Virus record (IMG/VR): IMGVR_UViG_3300021517_000162
Span: 1-53,267 of that record
Origin: a virus
Lineage: Duplodnaviria > Caudoviricetes
Direction: 5' to 3' (one strand)
DNA: 53,267 nucleotides
Shown here: one piece after another, positions 15,915-26,294 of the stretch
How the letters are laid out: each line of letters opens with the position of its first letter
Position numbering within the stretch: position 1 is the stretch's first letter
Notes under the pieces: generated by a model
Databases searched by the model: none
The model's input: the letters and a program-made list of their open reading frames with translations, nothing else
What the model was told of the DNA's origin: nothing
Translations under genes and position numbers: made by a program

Positions 15915-17074
15915 ATATCCACATACCCTTCTTCATTCTGTTCCATAGGCTCCACTTCTGAAAACTTGGAACGAACAACTTCCTCCACTTCTGCAAACAA
16001 CAATGGATCATCATATAAACCTTGCACAGCTTGGGCACGACCTTGCCACTTATGCGAACCATACTGATACCAAGCTCCAGATTTTGAAATAACCCCAAAA
16101 TTCTCGGCTAATTCAAGAACATCACGGGCTCGATCAAACCCAACTGGATATAAAGCTCCGTTTGAAATATGAAAATAAGAGTATTGTACTTTACCCTCTT
16201 TTGGTGCCACTTTCGTCTTGGAAATTGAAACCCGAATACGTTCTCCTATTGATTGAGCCGTCTCCCCCTCCGTACGCGTATCATTCTTGTATACATATCC
16301 AACTTGCTCACAACGCATAACCAAACTTGCATCGTATACAATCGACTTACCACCTCCGATTTTCCAATCTTTACCCCATGCTTTGTCGTACGCACTCGCA
16401 TTCACATCCTCCGATTCACGCGCTATGGCCAATAAAGCAGTACCTGTTGTCGCAAGAAGAGGTATGAGCTCATCAAGCCAAGCCGCATTCATGGCAGCTT
16501 TTACCTGTGCTGCCCGGCCTCCCATTCCATCCACTCCTCCTTTCTCCGTACCCTCAGAAATCTTCTTCATAAGATTCTGGGGCACAAGCTTTCGAAGTGA
16601 ATCTAACACTATAATTCCCGTTGTATCAGGGGGGACAACCCCCGTGCTACGCATTTTTGCAATGGTTTCCGCAAACTCACGCACTTTATCAACGGTTTCT
16701 TCATAAGTTCGTGGGCGCAATGCAAAAAATTTTGAATCCTCCACATACTCTCCCATTAATTGCCTTATCCAAGTAATCGGTGTTGTGAATTCTGCATCGA
16801 TAAACAAAGCAAAATGACCACGTTTGAGAAAAGAGTAGATAAGACCATGGGCAAACACAGTTTTCCCATTGTTTGATTTACCATGTATAAGCATATATCT
16901 ATCAATGGGTAGACCACCAACCCCTGTAGCATGGTCAAATTGCGGAAATATAGTAGGTACAGCACGCACCCTTGTAAGTACTTCTCTTGCAGGTAAAAAG
17001 CTCTTAAAATGAGATGCTATATCATCTAATTCTTGTTGTTTTTTCGACTGTTCTATTGATTTTTTACGACCCAT
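15911..17074 (-). CDS. recA: RecA/UvsX-like recombinase
   Basis: GVGGLP, Walker A GKSNNGKT, FIDAE, IVLDS, GGKSIVYDAS, KTKVAP and KSGAWY. Confidence 0.93.
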   Translation of the reverse strand: MGRKKSIEQSKKQQELDDIASHFKSFLPAREVLTRVRAVPTIFPQFDHATGVGGLPIDRYMLIHGKSNNGKTVFAHGLIYSFLKRGHFALFIDAEFTTPITWIRQLMGEYVEDSKFFALRPRTYEETVDKVREFAETIAKMRSTGVVPPDTTGIIVLDSLRKLVPQNLMKKISEGTEKGGVDGMGGRAAQVKAAMNAAWLDELIPLLATTGTALLAIARESEDVNASAYDKAWGKDWKIGGGKSIVYDASLVMRCEQVGYVYKNDTRTEGETAQSIGERIRVSISKTKVAPKEGKVQYSYFHISNGALYPVGFDRARDVLELAENFGVISKSGAWYQYGSHKWQGRAQAVQGLYDDPLLFAEVEEVVRSKFSEVEPMEQNEEGYVDI

Positions 17075-17091
17075 GTAAAACTCCTATACAC

Positions 17092-18324
17092 TCAAAAAGG
17101 CACATCATCTGTTGTAAGATCAAATGCTGGTTTGAAATCTTTTTTTTCTACCTCCGTAGGAGGTTTCGCAACTACCTCCTTAGGAGCATCTTGCATTAAA
17201 ACAGATTTCCTAGTTCGTCTTTTTGCAACTGGAGGTGGGGTCGGTTCACCATACTGTGCCCCACACTCTTTGCATACCATATCAGTTGAATACATCTCGC
17301 TATTACATTGGTCACACACAACAAATTCTTCACTTTTCAACACCTTAGCATTGGTAGTCACTTCTGTGGAGGTTGATAATGATTTCACAGATGTCTCCTG
17401 TTTTGTCGCCAAAGGGGCAGAAGGCGTTTGCCTAGATATTTGTCTATTGAACCCTTTAGGAGGTGCAAAAAGTTCATCATAGGGTAATTCAATGAGCGAA
17501 TATTGTTCAAGCATCATACGAAATTCCATAGGATCCGCGGGCTTTGCAAACATACCCAAATCAATGGGTTCGGAGGCCAATAATTCTTGTATTTCAGGGG
17601 TATATTCAATTTTAGGCATAATTTTAGCCGAGTATCTTTGAAACACACTGGAGGCATCTTTATCCACTTCCCAACGCATACATTGTGGATATCGAGTAAT
17701 ATCGCCTTTTTCCGAACCAAATTGATCCTCCCAATCATTCATGGCTTTCTGCACACACTCTCCTATTAAACTCGATTCTGTAGCAATCTGAAGACCCGAA
17801 TAAACCGCATCATTGTCCACCAAATAAAACATGTAGTTCATCTTGACTTGAACATTTTGGCGCCAAGCATCTTGCTGTGATATTCGAGCCCTCCGCATCT
17901 CCGTTTTTTGGGCATCCGTAAGATTTCTCGAATTAAACTCTCCGTATACACCTCCAGCTGCAATTTCAAAGACTGTGTTTTCTCCAGGTACGCGAATCAC
18001 AGGTTCAAGCCAATTAAGTTGACCCCTCACAACTTGATCCCTAATATACTCAGCATAACGACAAATTGGGCATACTTTAGGAGACATCCCATGCATTAAA
18101 TCATGGGAATTTTCCGCACAATTCCATCTCATTGAATATATATTCTTTGAATTTATACCCTTAGATTCATCTACTTTTTTTATAACCCTTGGAAACATAT
18201 GTGCCCAAAGTACTTGTGGTTTGGTTTTTGGGTGAAGCCATACATTTGCATAACCTTGTGTTTTCCAACTACGAAAAAAAGAAGCCCGTCTTGAACCACG
18301 TTTAACAACAAAATCAAAACCCAT
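17092..18324 (-). CDS. probable single-stranded DNA-binding protein (gp32-like) with an extra zinc ribbon
   Basis: H..C..CPIC in the core, a C-terminal CDQC..CKEC ribbon, acidic DDVPF tail; located between PolB and RecA. Confidence 0.7.
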   Translation of the reverse strand: MGFDFVVKRGSRRASFFRSWKTQGYANVWLHPKTKPQVLWAHMFPRVIKKVDESKGINSKNIYSMRWNCAENSHDLMHGMSPKVCPICRYAEYIRDQVVRGQLNWLEPVIRVPGENTVFEIAAGGVYGEFNSRNLTDAQKTEMRRARISQQDAWRQNVQVKMNYMFYLVDNDAVYSGLQIATESSLIGECVQKAMNDWEDQFGSEKGDITRYPQCMRWEVDKDASSVFQRYSAKIMPKIEYTPEIQELLASEPIDLGMFAKPADPMEFRMMLEQYSLIELPYDELFAPPKGFNRQISRQTPSAPLATKQETSVKSLSTSTEVTTNAKVLKSEEFVVCDQCNSEMYSTDMVCKECGAQYGEPTPPPVAKRRTRKSVLMQDAPKEVVAKPPTEVEKKDFKPAFDLTTDDVPF

Positions 18325-18331
18325 GACATAC

Positions 18332-18832
18332 CTACTTTCTCAATGTATACAACATCGTTTGCAATGATTTACAACGTATTTTTGACAATTCAGCCAACAT
18401 TTCCAAATGTTCTTCTGTAGCTTTCAACTTGGAAAGTTTTTCCTCTATCTCCTGATACTCTTTTTCGAACAATACCCCTATACTTGCTTTGACATCACCA
18501 TCAGTAATCTGTTTTTTTACTGACCAAGTTTCACGTTCTTGTTGAACATGCAAAAGAGCACGTCTCCACATGTCCGACTTAATAGGAGATACCTCCTTTT
18601 CGTAACGTTCTCTCTCAAGTTTTCCACATAAATAAAGCCTATGAGCATTTCTCGCATTGGTCTCCGCATAGTCCATATGACGCATGAGAGTAGAATAATC
18701 AGATCTTTGATCTCCTACGTACAAATCTTTCTCGATTTTCTCATATGTACCTATCAAATCGATCTCATATATTGATTCAACAATTTTTCCTATCTCACCA
18801 TACGATTGATCTACCTCACTCCGTTTTCTCAT
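18332..18832 (-). CDS. helical protein, possible UvsY-like recombination mediator
   Basis: Coiled-coil sequence with ITDGDVKA..YQEIEE; adjacent to the SSB and RecA genes. Confidence 0.45.
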   Translation of the reverse strand: MRKRSEVDQSYGEIGKIVESIYEIDLIGTYEKIEKDLYVGDQRSDYSTLMRHMDYAETNARNAHRLYLCGKLERERYEKEVSPIKSDMWRRALLHVQQERETWSVKKQITDGDVKASIGVLFEKEYQEIEEKLSKLKATEEHLEMLAELSKIRCKSLQTMLYTLRK

Positions 18833-21302
18833 CTTGCACCTCCACTTTTCCTCTGATAAATTCATTTACCACTTTTATGGCCTCCTTTTTATCCTTGACA
18901 TATACTTTTTTACTTTTCCAAGGTAACTTGAAAATAAATGGTACAACCCCCTTATTTTCATACAACCATTCTTGCAATTTAACCAAATTTTCAGCTGTAA
19001 TATCAGACGACTTCTTACCTCCTCTTGGCCTAACCACCCCAGGAACAACAGGTTTGATTTTCTCCGGTCTTGTTTTTTGAAACATCGTCCAATCATGCAA
19101 AGGGAAAGCCGAAGATAACAATCGAAAAGTAGGTGGATATACAAGTGAATCCCAAAGATAATATCTATCACAAACACCATCATATTCTTCGGCATACATA
19201 ACAGTCAAAGGGCGCACACTTGCGTCCATAACCACATATCCTATCCGCGTTCCAATTGAAACCTCCACACCCTTGTGTATCAAATCTTTGGCAACAACCA
19301 CATGCCTTGGAAGAGCTGAAAAAGTACCATCTTTCTTAAGCCTTACCGAGTAATGCTCCACTTCTTTTGACAAGGTTTTGGATATGATGACCTCCGATAA
19401 TGACAATGGCTCATTAAGCACATGATTCATCGTCTTTTGAACAATTTCCTCATATATATTTGAGTCTTCACAGCCTGCACAAATCTTTTCAATCACCTGT
19501 ATTTGTAGTTTTCGGGCCAAAAAAACAGAGTCTCCCCTCCGATATTCAAGACCCTTAATCTCCGGTTTCGATTCTACAGAAGCTCTTTTACCTTTGTAAT
19601 GTAAATACGAACCAACATATTTCTTTGCCCCCACAAAAACCACTCGATCAAAGGCTTTTTCATAGGCTAAACATATATCATTCTCCACACACCCCATGCG
19701 CTCAATCATCTGTGGATACAATGTTTCGTTGCACCATGAAACAAATGATTTGAAAACCTCCGCATCCACCCCCTTGACAAAAAGAGAGTCAGTATCAGCA
19801 TATATGGCCTTCATACCCCTATTTTCAGCTTCTTTTATCGTCTCCTTTATCAATTGAGCTCCAGTTTGCGTTACACTCTCAGCAATCTGTGCATCAAAAA
19901 ACCTTGAAAACGAACTACCCACAACCCCATAAAAAGAATTTGCGGCCACCTTGTAAGCTGTAGATAAACGATTTGCATCATACCACCCCGATGTTCCTGG
20001 GGGTAATTCATCTCGATCTTTTGATGATTTTTTTCGAAGATCTATGAGTTTTTTCAAAGCAAAAGGTAATATACCTTGTAATTTTGAAAATCTAACACCT
20101 GTAGCCTCCACAAGACATTCTCCTGTCTCTGATTTTGTTTCTGGTGACATATTCCAAGAAATCATGATTGACGGATACAACCTTTGAAAATCAGCCACAT
20201 GTATATTTTTTTCAATACCATGTGCTTCAGGAGGCATAACATAAGCCCCTTTGAATTTTTCATGTTCTACAACCACATTTTTTGACAGAAATTTAAGACC
20301 CTTAGGCTTTGCCAATCGCAACAAAAAAGAATCTACTTGTTTTACAGGCTGGAGACCATATGTATCTGGCAATACCCCAGTAACCTCACATAATGATTGA
20401 AATAAATCAACCAAACCCGTCTTTTTCTCTATCTGTTGTAAAAGCTTGGTATCTTTCAAGTTGTATTTGACAAGAGCCTCCCTATCGGAGCCTCCTTTTT
20501 CCCAATAATACCAAGTTCGTGAACCATCAAGAGTATCTTTTCCTTCTCCTAGGATGGCTTGGGCAATATCATTGAGTTTATAGCTTGTTTTCTCGTCTCC
20601 GCTTTCAGCAGCAGTGTTCAAACGCTTGAAAAGAAGCATATGATCAAGCCACAACCAATATCGATGATTGACCGACAATCCAAGGTATTTTGTACGTTCT
20701 TTTATAACCTTAAAATCAAAACCATCACCATTCCAAGCAAGAACCTGCTCATACTGTTGAAGTTCTTGCCAAAGACTCATTACAAGGTCTTGTTCATCAT
20801 TGTAGCTATCACGATTCAATACCTCCACTTTTTCATGACCCAAATCATCTACAAGGGCCCATGAAAGTATCGCCGCTCGACCCTCCACAGCCTTTATAAA
20901 AGGTACACGCGAATCAGTTTCAAGGTCAATATAACAACGCTTGGGTTTGGCAATCTCCACATTGTTATCTATCAAATAACGCATTACGGGTGATAAATCA
21001 CCTTCGTAGTGTTCTCCACTTTCAAATATGCAATATGGCTTCTCCCCCCACAAAGCATTTTGTCTCGCCTCATAATCTACCCAATTGATGCGCAACCAAT
21101 TAATATGATCATAAGGTTCTATGATCAACTCACGAACAAGAGGACTCGATTTCAACCAATGAAGACAACTTTCTGAAATTTCACTGTACTTATGATAGGA
21201 GATATATTGTGCTTTCTCCCTTTTTATAACTCGTTCTCCATTTACCCTTGTAATTAAAGTTAAATCACCCTCATATGATGCAAAAGCATTGATCAACTTC
21301 AT
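18816..21302 (-). CDS. polB: family B DNA polymerase with 3'-5' exonuclease
   Basis: ExoI DLETD, ExoII WNGDGFD, ExoIII YNLKD; polymerase motifs DFQRLYPS, KVAANSFYG, YADTDS, KKY and KGLE. Confidence 0.96.
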   Translation of the reverse strand: MKLINAFASYEGDLTLITRVNGERVIKREKAQYISYHKYSEISESCLHWLKSSPLVRELIIEPYDHINWLRINWVDYEARQNALWGEKPYCIFESGEHYEGDLSPVMRYLIDNNVEIAKPKRCYIDLETDSRVPFIKAVEGRAAILSWALVDDLGHEKVEVLNRDSYNDEQDLVMSLWQELQQYEQVLAWNGDGFDFKVIKERTKYLGLSVNHRYWLWLDHMLLFKRLNTAAESGDEKTSYKLNDIAQAILGEGKDTLDGSRTWYYWEKGGSDREALVKYNLKDTKLLQQIEKKTGLVDLFQSLCEVTGVLPDTYGLQPVKQVDSFLLRLAKPKGLKFLSKNVVVEHEKFKGAYVMPPEAHGIEKNIHVADFQRLYPSIMISWNMSPETKSETGECLVEATGVRFSKLQGILPFALKKLIDLRKKSSKDRDELPPGTSGWYDANRLSTAYKVAANSFYGVVGSSFSRFFDAQIAESVTQTGAQLIKETIKEAENRGMKAIYADTDSLFVKGVDAEVFKSFVSWCNETLYPQMIERMGCVENDICLAYEKAFDRVVFVGAKKYVGSYLHYKGKRASVESKPEIKGLEYRRGDSVFLARKLQIQVIEKICAGCEDSNIYEEIVQKTMNHVLNEPLSLSEVIISKTLSKEVEHYSVRLKKDGTFSALPRHVVVAKDLIHKGVEVSIGTRIGYVVMDASVRPLTVMYAEEYDGVCDRYYLWDSLVYPPTFRLLSSAFPLHDWTMFQKTRPEKIKPVVPGVVRPRGGKKSSDITAENLVKLQEWLYENKGVVPFIFKLPWKSKKVYVKDKKEAIKVVNEFIRGKVEVQDEKTE

Positions 21303-21350
21303 TATATACCCTCATGTTCTCTAAATTCCCTAAATTCCCTAAAAAAAATA

Positions 21351-22352
21351 CTACTTTGTAACTTTTTTTGATCCCCCCTTTGGCCTCATTTGCCTTACTT
21401 GTAAATATAATGAACCTGTGGCTTCTGAACGTAATTCAAACTCAATAATATACTCTCCGAACTCCACTTGCCCAACCGGGTTGTCTCCTACTGAATTAGC
21501 ACGTCTCAAATTTCCATCTGATTTTTTCGCAGAATCCAAAGAAAAAAGAAGCACATTAACTTGACTCACAAGTTTGCGATCTAAAACCTCAGAGTACAAA
21601 AAAGGATAAGGCACAGAAGTGGTGCACAAAATTATATTATCTTCTGAATTCGGAGATACCCTCCTATTTTTTTCCCAATCCTCCACAGAGACTTTCGACC
21701 CATCCGGAAGCTTTTTCATACGAGCTTCTTGAAATATTGGGTTATTGTCTATCATGTCTTTCATCTGACGCACAGGCGCCGATGAAACCTCAAGGGGTAA
21801 ATTTTTCTTTACCCCTACCTCCTTTTCTGGAGATAAATTATCCGACTCACTCTCCTCCTCTAAATCATCATCCAAAAGCTCCGTACCCACATTTTTATGC
21901 TTAGAAACAAGGCTTTTAACCTCTTTGTCAACATCCCTTGATGATTTACCCCTACTTTTTTCGAGAAGATCGTTCCTATCTGCATCAGGAACTTTGAGCA
22001 TGAGAATCAAATTTGACACTGAATGACCTTTAATCTGAGTCTCCGTATACGTCTCAGCAACGCGAATCATTCGATATGCATGGGTTTTTGTTATCCCAAG
22101 TTCCTTCTCCACAAAGCTCCCAAACGATTGAATTGTCGTATATATGGGTTGCCCTTTAGCATCTTTTCTCTGTTTCCAAAGCTGATTTTGAAATATACCA
22201 TTCAAATGTTTCGCATATTCCCAAACGCTTTTTGCAGCATTTGTACCCAATTGCTTTGCAATACGAATGGCCTCATCCAAGTCTTTTTCTGTTTGTTTTT
22301 TCGTCTTTTCTGCCAATGCGGGCATGACCTCTCCTGTGCGCCTTAATAACAT
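21351..22352 (-). CDS. HTH-containing DNA-binding protein (DUF3102-like N-terminal region)
   Basis: SFGSFVEKELGITKTHAYRMIRVAE HTH-like motif followed by an acidic linker. Alternative start at 22325. Confidence 0.55.
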   Translation of the reverse strand: MLLRRTGEVMPALAEKTKKQTEKDLDEAIRIAKQLGTNAAKSVWEYAKHLNGIFQNQLWKQRKDAKGQPIYTTIQSFGSFVEKELGITKTHAYRMIRVAETYTETQIKGHSVSNLILMLKVPDADRNDLLEKSRGKSSRDVDKEVKSLVSKHKNVGTELLDDDLEEESESDNLSPEKEVGVKKNLPLEVSSAPVRQMKDMIDNNPIFQEARMKKLPDGSKVSVEDWEKNRRVSPNSEDNIILCTTSVPYPFLYSEVLDRKLVSQVNVLLFSLDSAKKSDGNLRRANSVGDNPVGQVEFGEYIIEFELRSEATGSLYLQVRQMRPKGGSKKVTK

Positions 22353-22376
22353 TTAGTCTCCCATCAACCCTAGAGG

Positions 22377-22411
22377 ATATCAAGCTTGCTAATTGATCTC
22401 CGTTTCGTCAA
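22377..22411 (-). promoter_or_regulatory. sigma70-like promoter (TTGACG-N17-CAAGCT) overlapping an operator copy
   Basis: Plus strand ATATCAAGCTTGCTAA at 22377-22392 lies in the intergenic gap; -35 TTGACG at 22406-22411. Confidence 0.45.
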
Positions 22412-22926
22412 GCAATTTTTTTCATACCCTTCGTTTTTTCATAAACATACTCATTTAATGGCACTCTCCGTTTTCGCTTATTCCTATCCTCCTTATATTC
22501 AGGGGTATCCTTATTTTTCGACAATAAATCACGTATTTCATCGCGTATTCCAAGCTTTTTCACATACCTATGGGCTGTAATCAAACTCAAACCAAGCTCT
22601 TTTGCGACCTGCTTCATGATCGTTGATTTCTCTGCCACAGCCAATATAATTGAAATCGCCTTGCTGGGGTCGATCTCCGTTAAATACCCCAAATCATGTT
22701 TCACATATGACATTGAAACCTCCAGATCACACACATAATATCGAGTGGATAACCGCCTCCGAACATCCTTATACCATCCATATAAACCCACATCTCTTAG
22801 AATTTCCAACAAATTACTGGGCCTTATTCCCAAGCGATTGGCCGTTGCTGTGGCATGCCCTCCCTCCTGGAGAATGGCATCCTTATACTCTAACCATCTT
22901 TTTTTCGATAATACAGTATTAGCCAT
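22408..22926 (-). CDS. tandem Fis-like HTH protein (possible transcription regulator)
   Basis: Two HTH-like units: AILQEGGHATATANRLGIRPSNL and MKQVAKELGLSLITAHRYVKKLGI. Confidence 0.65.
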   Translation of the reverse strand: MANTVLSKKRWLEYKDAILQEGGHATATANRLGIRPSNLLEILRDVGLYGWYKDVRRRLSTRYYVCDLEVSMSYVKHDLGYLTEIDPSKAISIILAVAEKSTIMKQVAKELGLSLITAHRYVKKLGIRDEIRDLLSKNKDTPEYKEDRNKRKRRVPLNEYVYEKTKGMKKIA

Positions 22927-23839
22927 ACATAAGCCCCTTGAGATCTCCCGGAGACATCGAAGCCGGATCAAAGCCCATGGGCAAGTTAATCCTTTTTATC
23001 ATGATCGGAAACTTTTTCAATGAATTTTCTATCTGATCGGCACATCTTTGACCTGTTGTATCTGAATCTAATGCTAGAAAAACCCTTCGAAAAGTTGACA
23101 ATCGCAAAACAAGTTGAGGGGTAATACGCGAACCACCCAATGCCAAAAGTGCACAACTTGGGGCAATTCTTTCAAAGGCCATTGCATCAAATATACCCTC
23201 CGTTACAACTATATCCTGTCTCCACTGGAGAATTGGCCATCGATTTTGACCGAAAAATATCGAGTAATCTGGGTTTAAATCGCGATGTGGATACATGTAC
23301 CTACGTTGTTGAGACGAAATTGTACGGGCCATATAAGATACAGGGTTTTCATCTTCATCTCTCACAATCAAAACCACTCTACCCCAAAGAAGGCCTTCAA
23401 GCGCATACCCATGACCCCATTGATCGATCTGTGATGGCCATACCCCGCGCGAAAGCACATATTCTTGCATCGATCCAGGCCATTCAGAAAACGGAGTATC
23501 CACTTGTATTTCTGGGGGCAACTGAAATGAAGGTTTTTTTGTTTTATATGAAAAAACAAGCTTCTCCACATGCTCTTTTTCCACCCAACCTTTGTTTTGA
23601 AGCCATTTTTTCGCCTCCACATAAGTGCATTCGCGCACATGCATAATAAGCGAGTATATCGAACCTCCAAACCCACACGATTGGCAAAAATTCTTTCCCT
23701 CCGAACCTCCTTTTACGCGTATCGACCAACTTGGATGCTTATCTTCATGCCTACCAGATGGGCAACGCGCAAGCCACTCTGTGGGTAACTCCCTCTCCAC
23801 TTTTATACCCAATCCTCCTAGTATGTTTTCAACGTTCAT
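22919..23839 (-). CDS. DNA primase (zinc finger plus TOPRIM)
   Basis: CP..H.D..PS..FCQSCGFGG zinc finger, VTEGIFDA and LALDSD. Confidence 0.92.
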   Translation of the reverse strand: MNVENILGGLGIKVERELPTEWLARCPSGRHEDKHPSWSIRVKGGSEGKNFCQSCGFGGSIYSLIMHVRECTYVEAKKWLQNKGWVEKEHVEKLVFSYKTKKPSFQLPPEIQVDTPFSEWPGSMQEYVLSRGVWPSQIDQWGHGYALEGLLWGRVVLIVRDEDENPVSYMARTISSQQRRYMYPHRDLNPDYSIFFGQNRWPILQWRQDIVVTEGIFDAMAFERIAPSCALLALGGSRITPQLVLRLSTFRRVFLALDSDTTGQRCADQIENSLKKFPIMIKRINLPMGFDPASMSPGDLKGLMYG

Positions 23840-25290
23840 TTCGATTTTCTCTTAGCTTTCACAGGTATGGGCATATCATTAGAACCTACAGCTTCTGTTG
23901 TATTGGGCTCAAAAGACAATTCTCTACCCCCAGAAACAACACCCGTATGAGGGTCCCAATAAAATTCTATCGCTAAAGGCCATTTTCCATACCTTTGCTT
24001 CAATATATAAACCTCCAGGGAGATATCTGGCACATTTTTCCACAATGCCGGACGATGCACCCCAATAATTGCATCAGCAACCTCCACCCAAGCCGCAGAT
24101 CCTTTAATACCTTCGCGAGTAGGTCTTTTATCAACACGCATTTCAACGTCTTTTAATCGTTGTTGTGCCAACAATATACCATGAATTTTCATTTCTTCTA
24201 CCATTGCTTGTTGACGAAAAAGAGCATGCTTCTCCTCCTCCGTATCTGAATCTACAAGACATCGTTCCCACAAATCAGCCACAAAAACATCAGCACCAAT
24301 GTCTGCAATATACCCATGAACAAGGTCTAAATTTCGCTCATTCGAACTACGCTCGTTGGCATGCCTACGAAACGGGTTCTCTATAAACCTCACAAATTTC
24401 GATATATCATGCATCACTTGTTCAATCTTCACAACATCCTCTTCTACTATTTTTCCTTGAGCTACAAGCTCCCTCCGATACCCTAATTGCATACATGCAA
24501 GAGTCTCCAGTGTTGTTCCACCCCCCATTTCCCAAGCACCCACAGCAATTTTTTTCTCCTGTTTGTATAATCCAAGTATCAAATTGGCCGCAAAAGTACT
24601 TTTACCAGCTCCACTTACCCCTGTAATAACAGTAACCTTACCCGGGGCGGCCCCGGGGATCATGCGACGTTGCCGTTCAAAACCTTCGCCTTTATCTGGG
24701 TAAAAATCAAGACCATCAAGACCATATGAATATTGTTTAAGACCCCTCATTCGTTGCCGAATATCGTTTATTTGGTCTCCTATTAACTCTTCTGGATGTC
24801 TCAAATACTTGCGATTTGTATACCCCTCCAGTGCCGTTACAACCATGCGCGCGCTCGATCGTACAACATCAGGCGTAGCAGTTGAATCACTGAAAAGAGA
24901 GAGCATTTTTTGTACAGGGCCCGTAAGACATGTGTCTCGCGCTTTCTCCCATAGGAAAAGCTCAAGATGATGATCAACGTTCAAAATCTTGCCTTCATGC
25001 ACAGTTACAAGCTCTTGAAAAAGCTCCCAATTAATATCCTCCGATGAAAAAATTTGCTGAGCTGTGGGTATGGAAAATTCAAGATTTCTCCTCTCCAGTT
25101 CAGAGATCACCTTCCAATACTGTTGATGTTCTTTGAGCCCAAACTTATCATAATTGATAATTTTGAGCGCTTTTTTTCGAAAATCACGAGAATGAACAGC
25201 ACCCCCTATAATGATCTGCTCATTCCCGTAATCTACTATTATTTGAAGAGTTTTACCTACTTCTTTACCTACTTCGCTTCGTTTTTTCAT
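23836..25290 (-). CDS. dnaB: DnaB-like replicative helicase
   Basis: Walker A GVSGAGKST, EM motif, LLAQ, RPTREGIKGS, ADAIIGVHR and KQRYG. Confidence 0.92.
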   Translation of the reverse strand: MKKRSEVGKEVGKTLQIIVDYGNEQIIIGGAVHSRDFRKKALKIINYDKFGLKEHQQYWKVISELERRNLEFSIPTAQQIFSSEDINWELFQELVTVHEGKILNVDHHLELFLWEKARDTCLTGPVQKMLSLFSDSTATPDVVRSSARMVVTALEGYTNRKYLRHPEELIGDQINDIRQRMRGLKQYSYGLDGLDFYPDKGEGFERQRRMIPGAAPGKVTVITGVSGAGKSTFAANLILGLYKQEKKIAVGAWEMGGGTTLETLACMQLGYRRELVAQGKIVEEDVVKIEQVMHDISKFVRFIENPFRRHANERSSNERNLDLVHGYIADIGADVFVADLWERCLVDSDTEEEKHALFRQQAMVEEMKIHGILLAQQRLKDVEMRVDKRPTREGIKGSAAWVEVADAIIGVHRPALWKNVPDISLEVYILKQRYGKWPLAIEFYWDPHTGVVSGGRELSFEPNTTEAVGSNDMPIPVKAKRKSK

Positions 25291-25739
25291 CGCGACTGTT
25301 GCAAGTAAAACATAAAATCATCCATCGAACGCCCAAAAAACAACCTATAAGTCTGTCTGAAAGTTGCTTGCCTATTACCCCTCCTTTTTTGATACTCTAT
25401 CCTCTCCCTCTCCCTTTTCCATATCCACCTAACATACTCAATATACAAGGCCCAATCACCTTTGAAAACCATACCAAAAGCATTCGATGCAAATTTCCGA
25501 ACACGCGCCTTTTCTTGTATTATTTCAAGAGGTTGATCTTCATATACTCTTTCATAAAACACACAATAAGTAGCCAAAACATGTACCGGTTTGGCTTTTG
25601 TCCAATCTCCAGTTTCAAAAAAAACCTTAACCTCTCCTATTGCCTTTTCCAAACCATCTACTTTTTTCTTTACACTACCCGTAACACCAATCAATTGTTC
25701 TACGTTTTCCTTTTGTGGTTTCAAAGTAGATTCCATCAT
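25287..25739 (-). CDS. hypothetical protein upstream of dnaB
   Basis: Intact ORF translationally coupled to both neighbours. Confidence 0.6.
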   Translation of the reverse strand: MMESTLKPQKENVEQLIGVTGSVKKKVDGLEKAIGEVKVFFETGDWTKAKPVHVLATYCVFYERVYEDQPLEIIQEKARVRKFASNAFGMVFKGDWALYIEYVRWIWKRERERIEYQKRRGNRQATFRQTYRLFFGRSMDDFMFYLQQSR

Positions 25740-25954
25740 GTTCCTTCTTTCTTATTAAATTCATGATACTTTGCAGACTTTATATTTTTCGCCAACAAGC
25801 TCAATCTATCATGCAACTCTTTTATCTTCACCTCCACTTCTGACTCTAAGCATGTGGTTGTCACTGAAAAAGGTCCAACTTTCAAAGATGTATACGGTTG
25901 TGGGTTGAATGTCTCCTCTCCCCATACAACAGTTATCTCCACTTTAGACTGCAT
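25736..25954 (-). CDS. hypothetical protein
   Basis: Intact short ORF in the operon with overlapping stop/start. Confidence 0.6.
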   Translation of the reverse strand: MQSKVEITVVWGEETFNPQPYTSLKVGPFSVTTTCLESEVEVKIKELHDRLSLLAKNIKSAKYHEFNKKEGT

Positions 25955-26294
25955 AGGGCACTATCTCCTTTATACCACCTTTGTACTTTGTCAAATTAAC
26001 ACTCCAATATCCACTATAAATATATAAATATATTCCTTTCCCCGATCGAAATGGTGAATGCATATTCATATCTCGCTCGATATTTAACGGTAAAGATTTT
26101 TCATTCTTCATTGGCATAAAACCCAATACTTTGAGTACCAACCTATTATTATAACTCTCCTCTTCTAAACCATCATACTTGTAAGTACGAATAAGCCACT
26201 CAACATAATCTATCACCAATGATTCAAACGCCCTTCTTCGTAAAACTTTAGGGTCAATATACTTCTTTTTTCGCCTCATAATGACGAAAATCAT
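25944..26294 (-). CDS. hypothetical basic protein
   Basis: GGAGG RBS and ATGA overlap with the helicase stop. Confidence 0.55.
   Translation of the reverse strand: MIFVIMRRKKKYIDPKVLRRRAFESLVIDYVEWLIRTYKYDGLEEESYNNRLVLKVLGFMPMKNEKSLPLNIERDMNMHSPFRSGKGIYLYIYSGYWSVNLTKYKGGIKEIVPYAV

Noticed and set aside
18816-21302. Inteins or introns in polB, dnaB, recA or terL
   Set aside because: Protein lengths are ordinary, and no intein splice motifs or homing endonuclease ORFs were seen.
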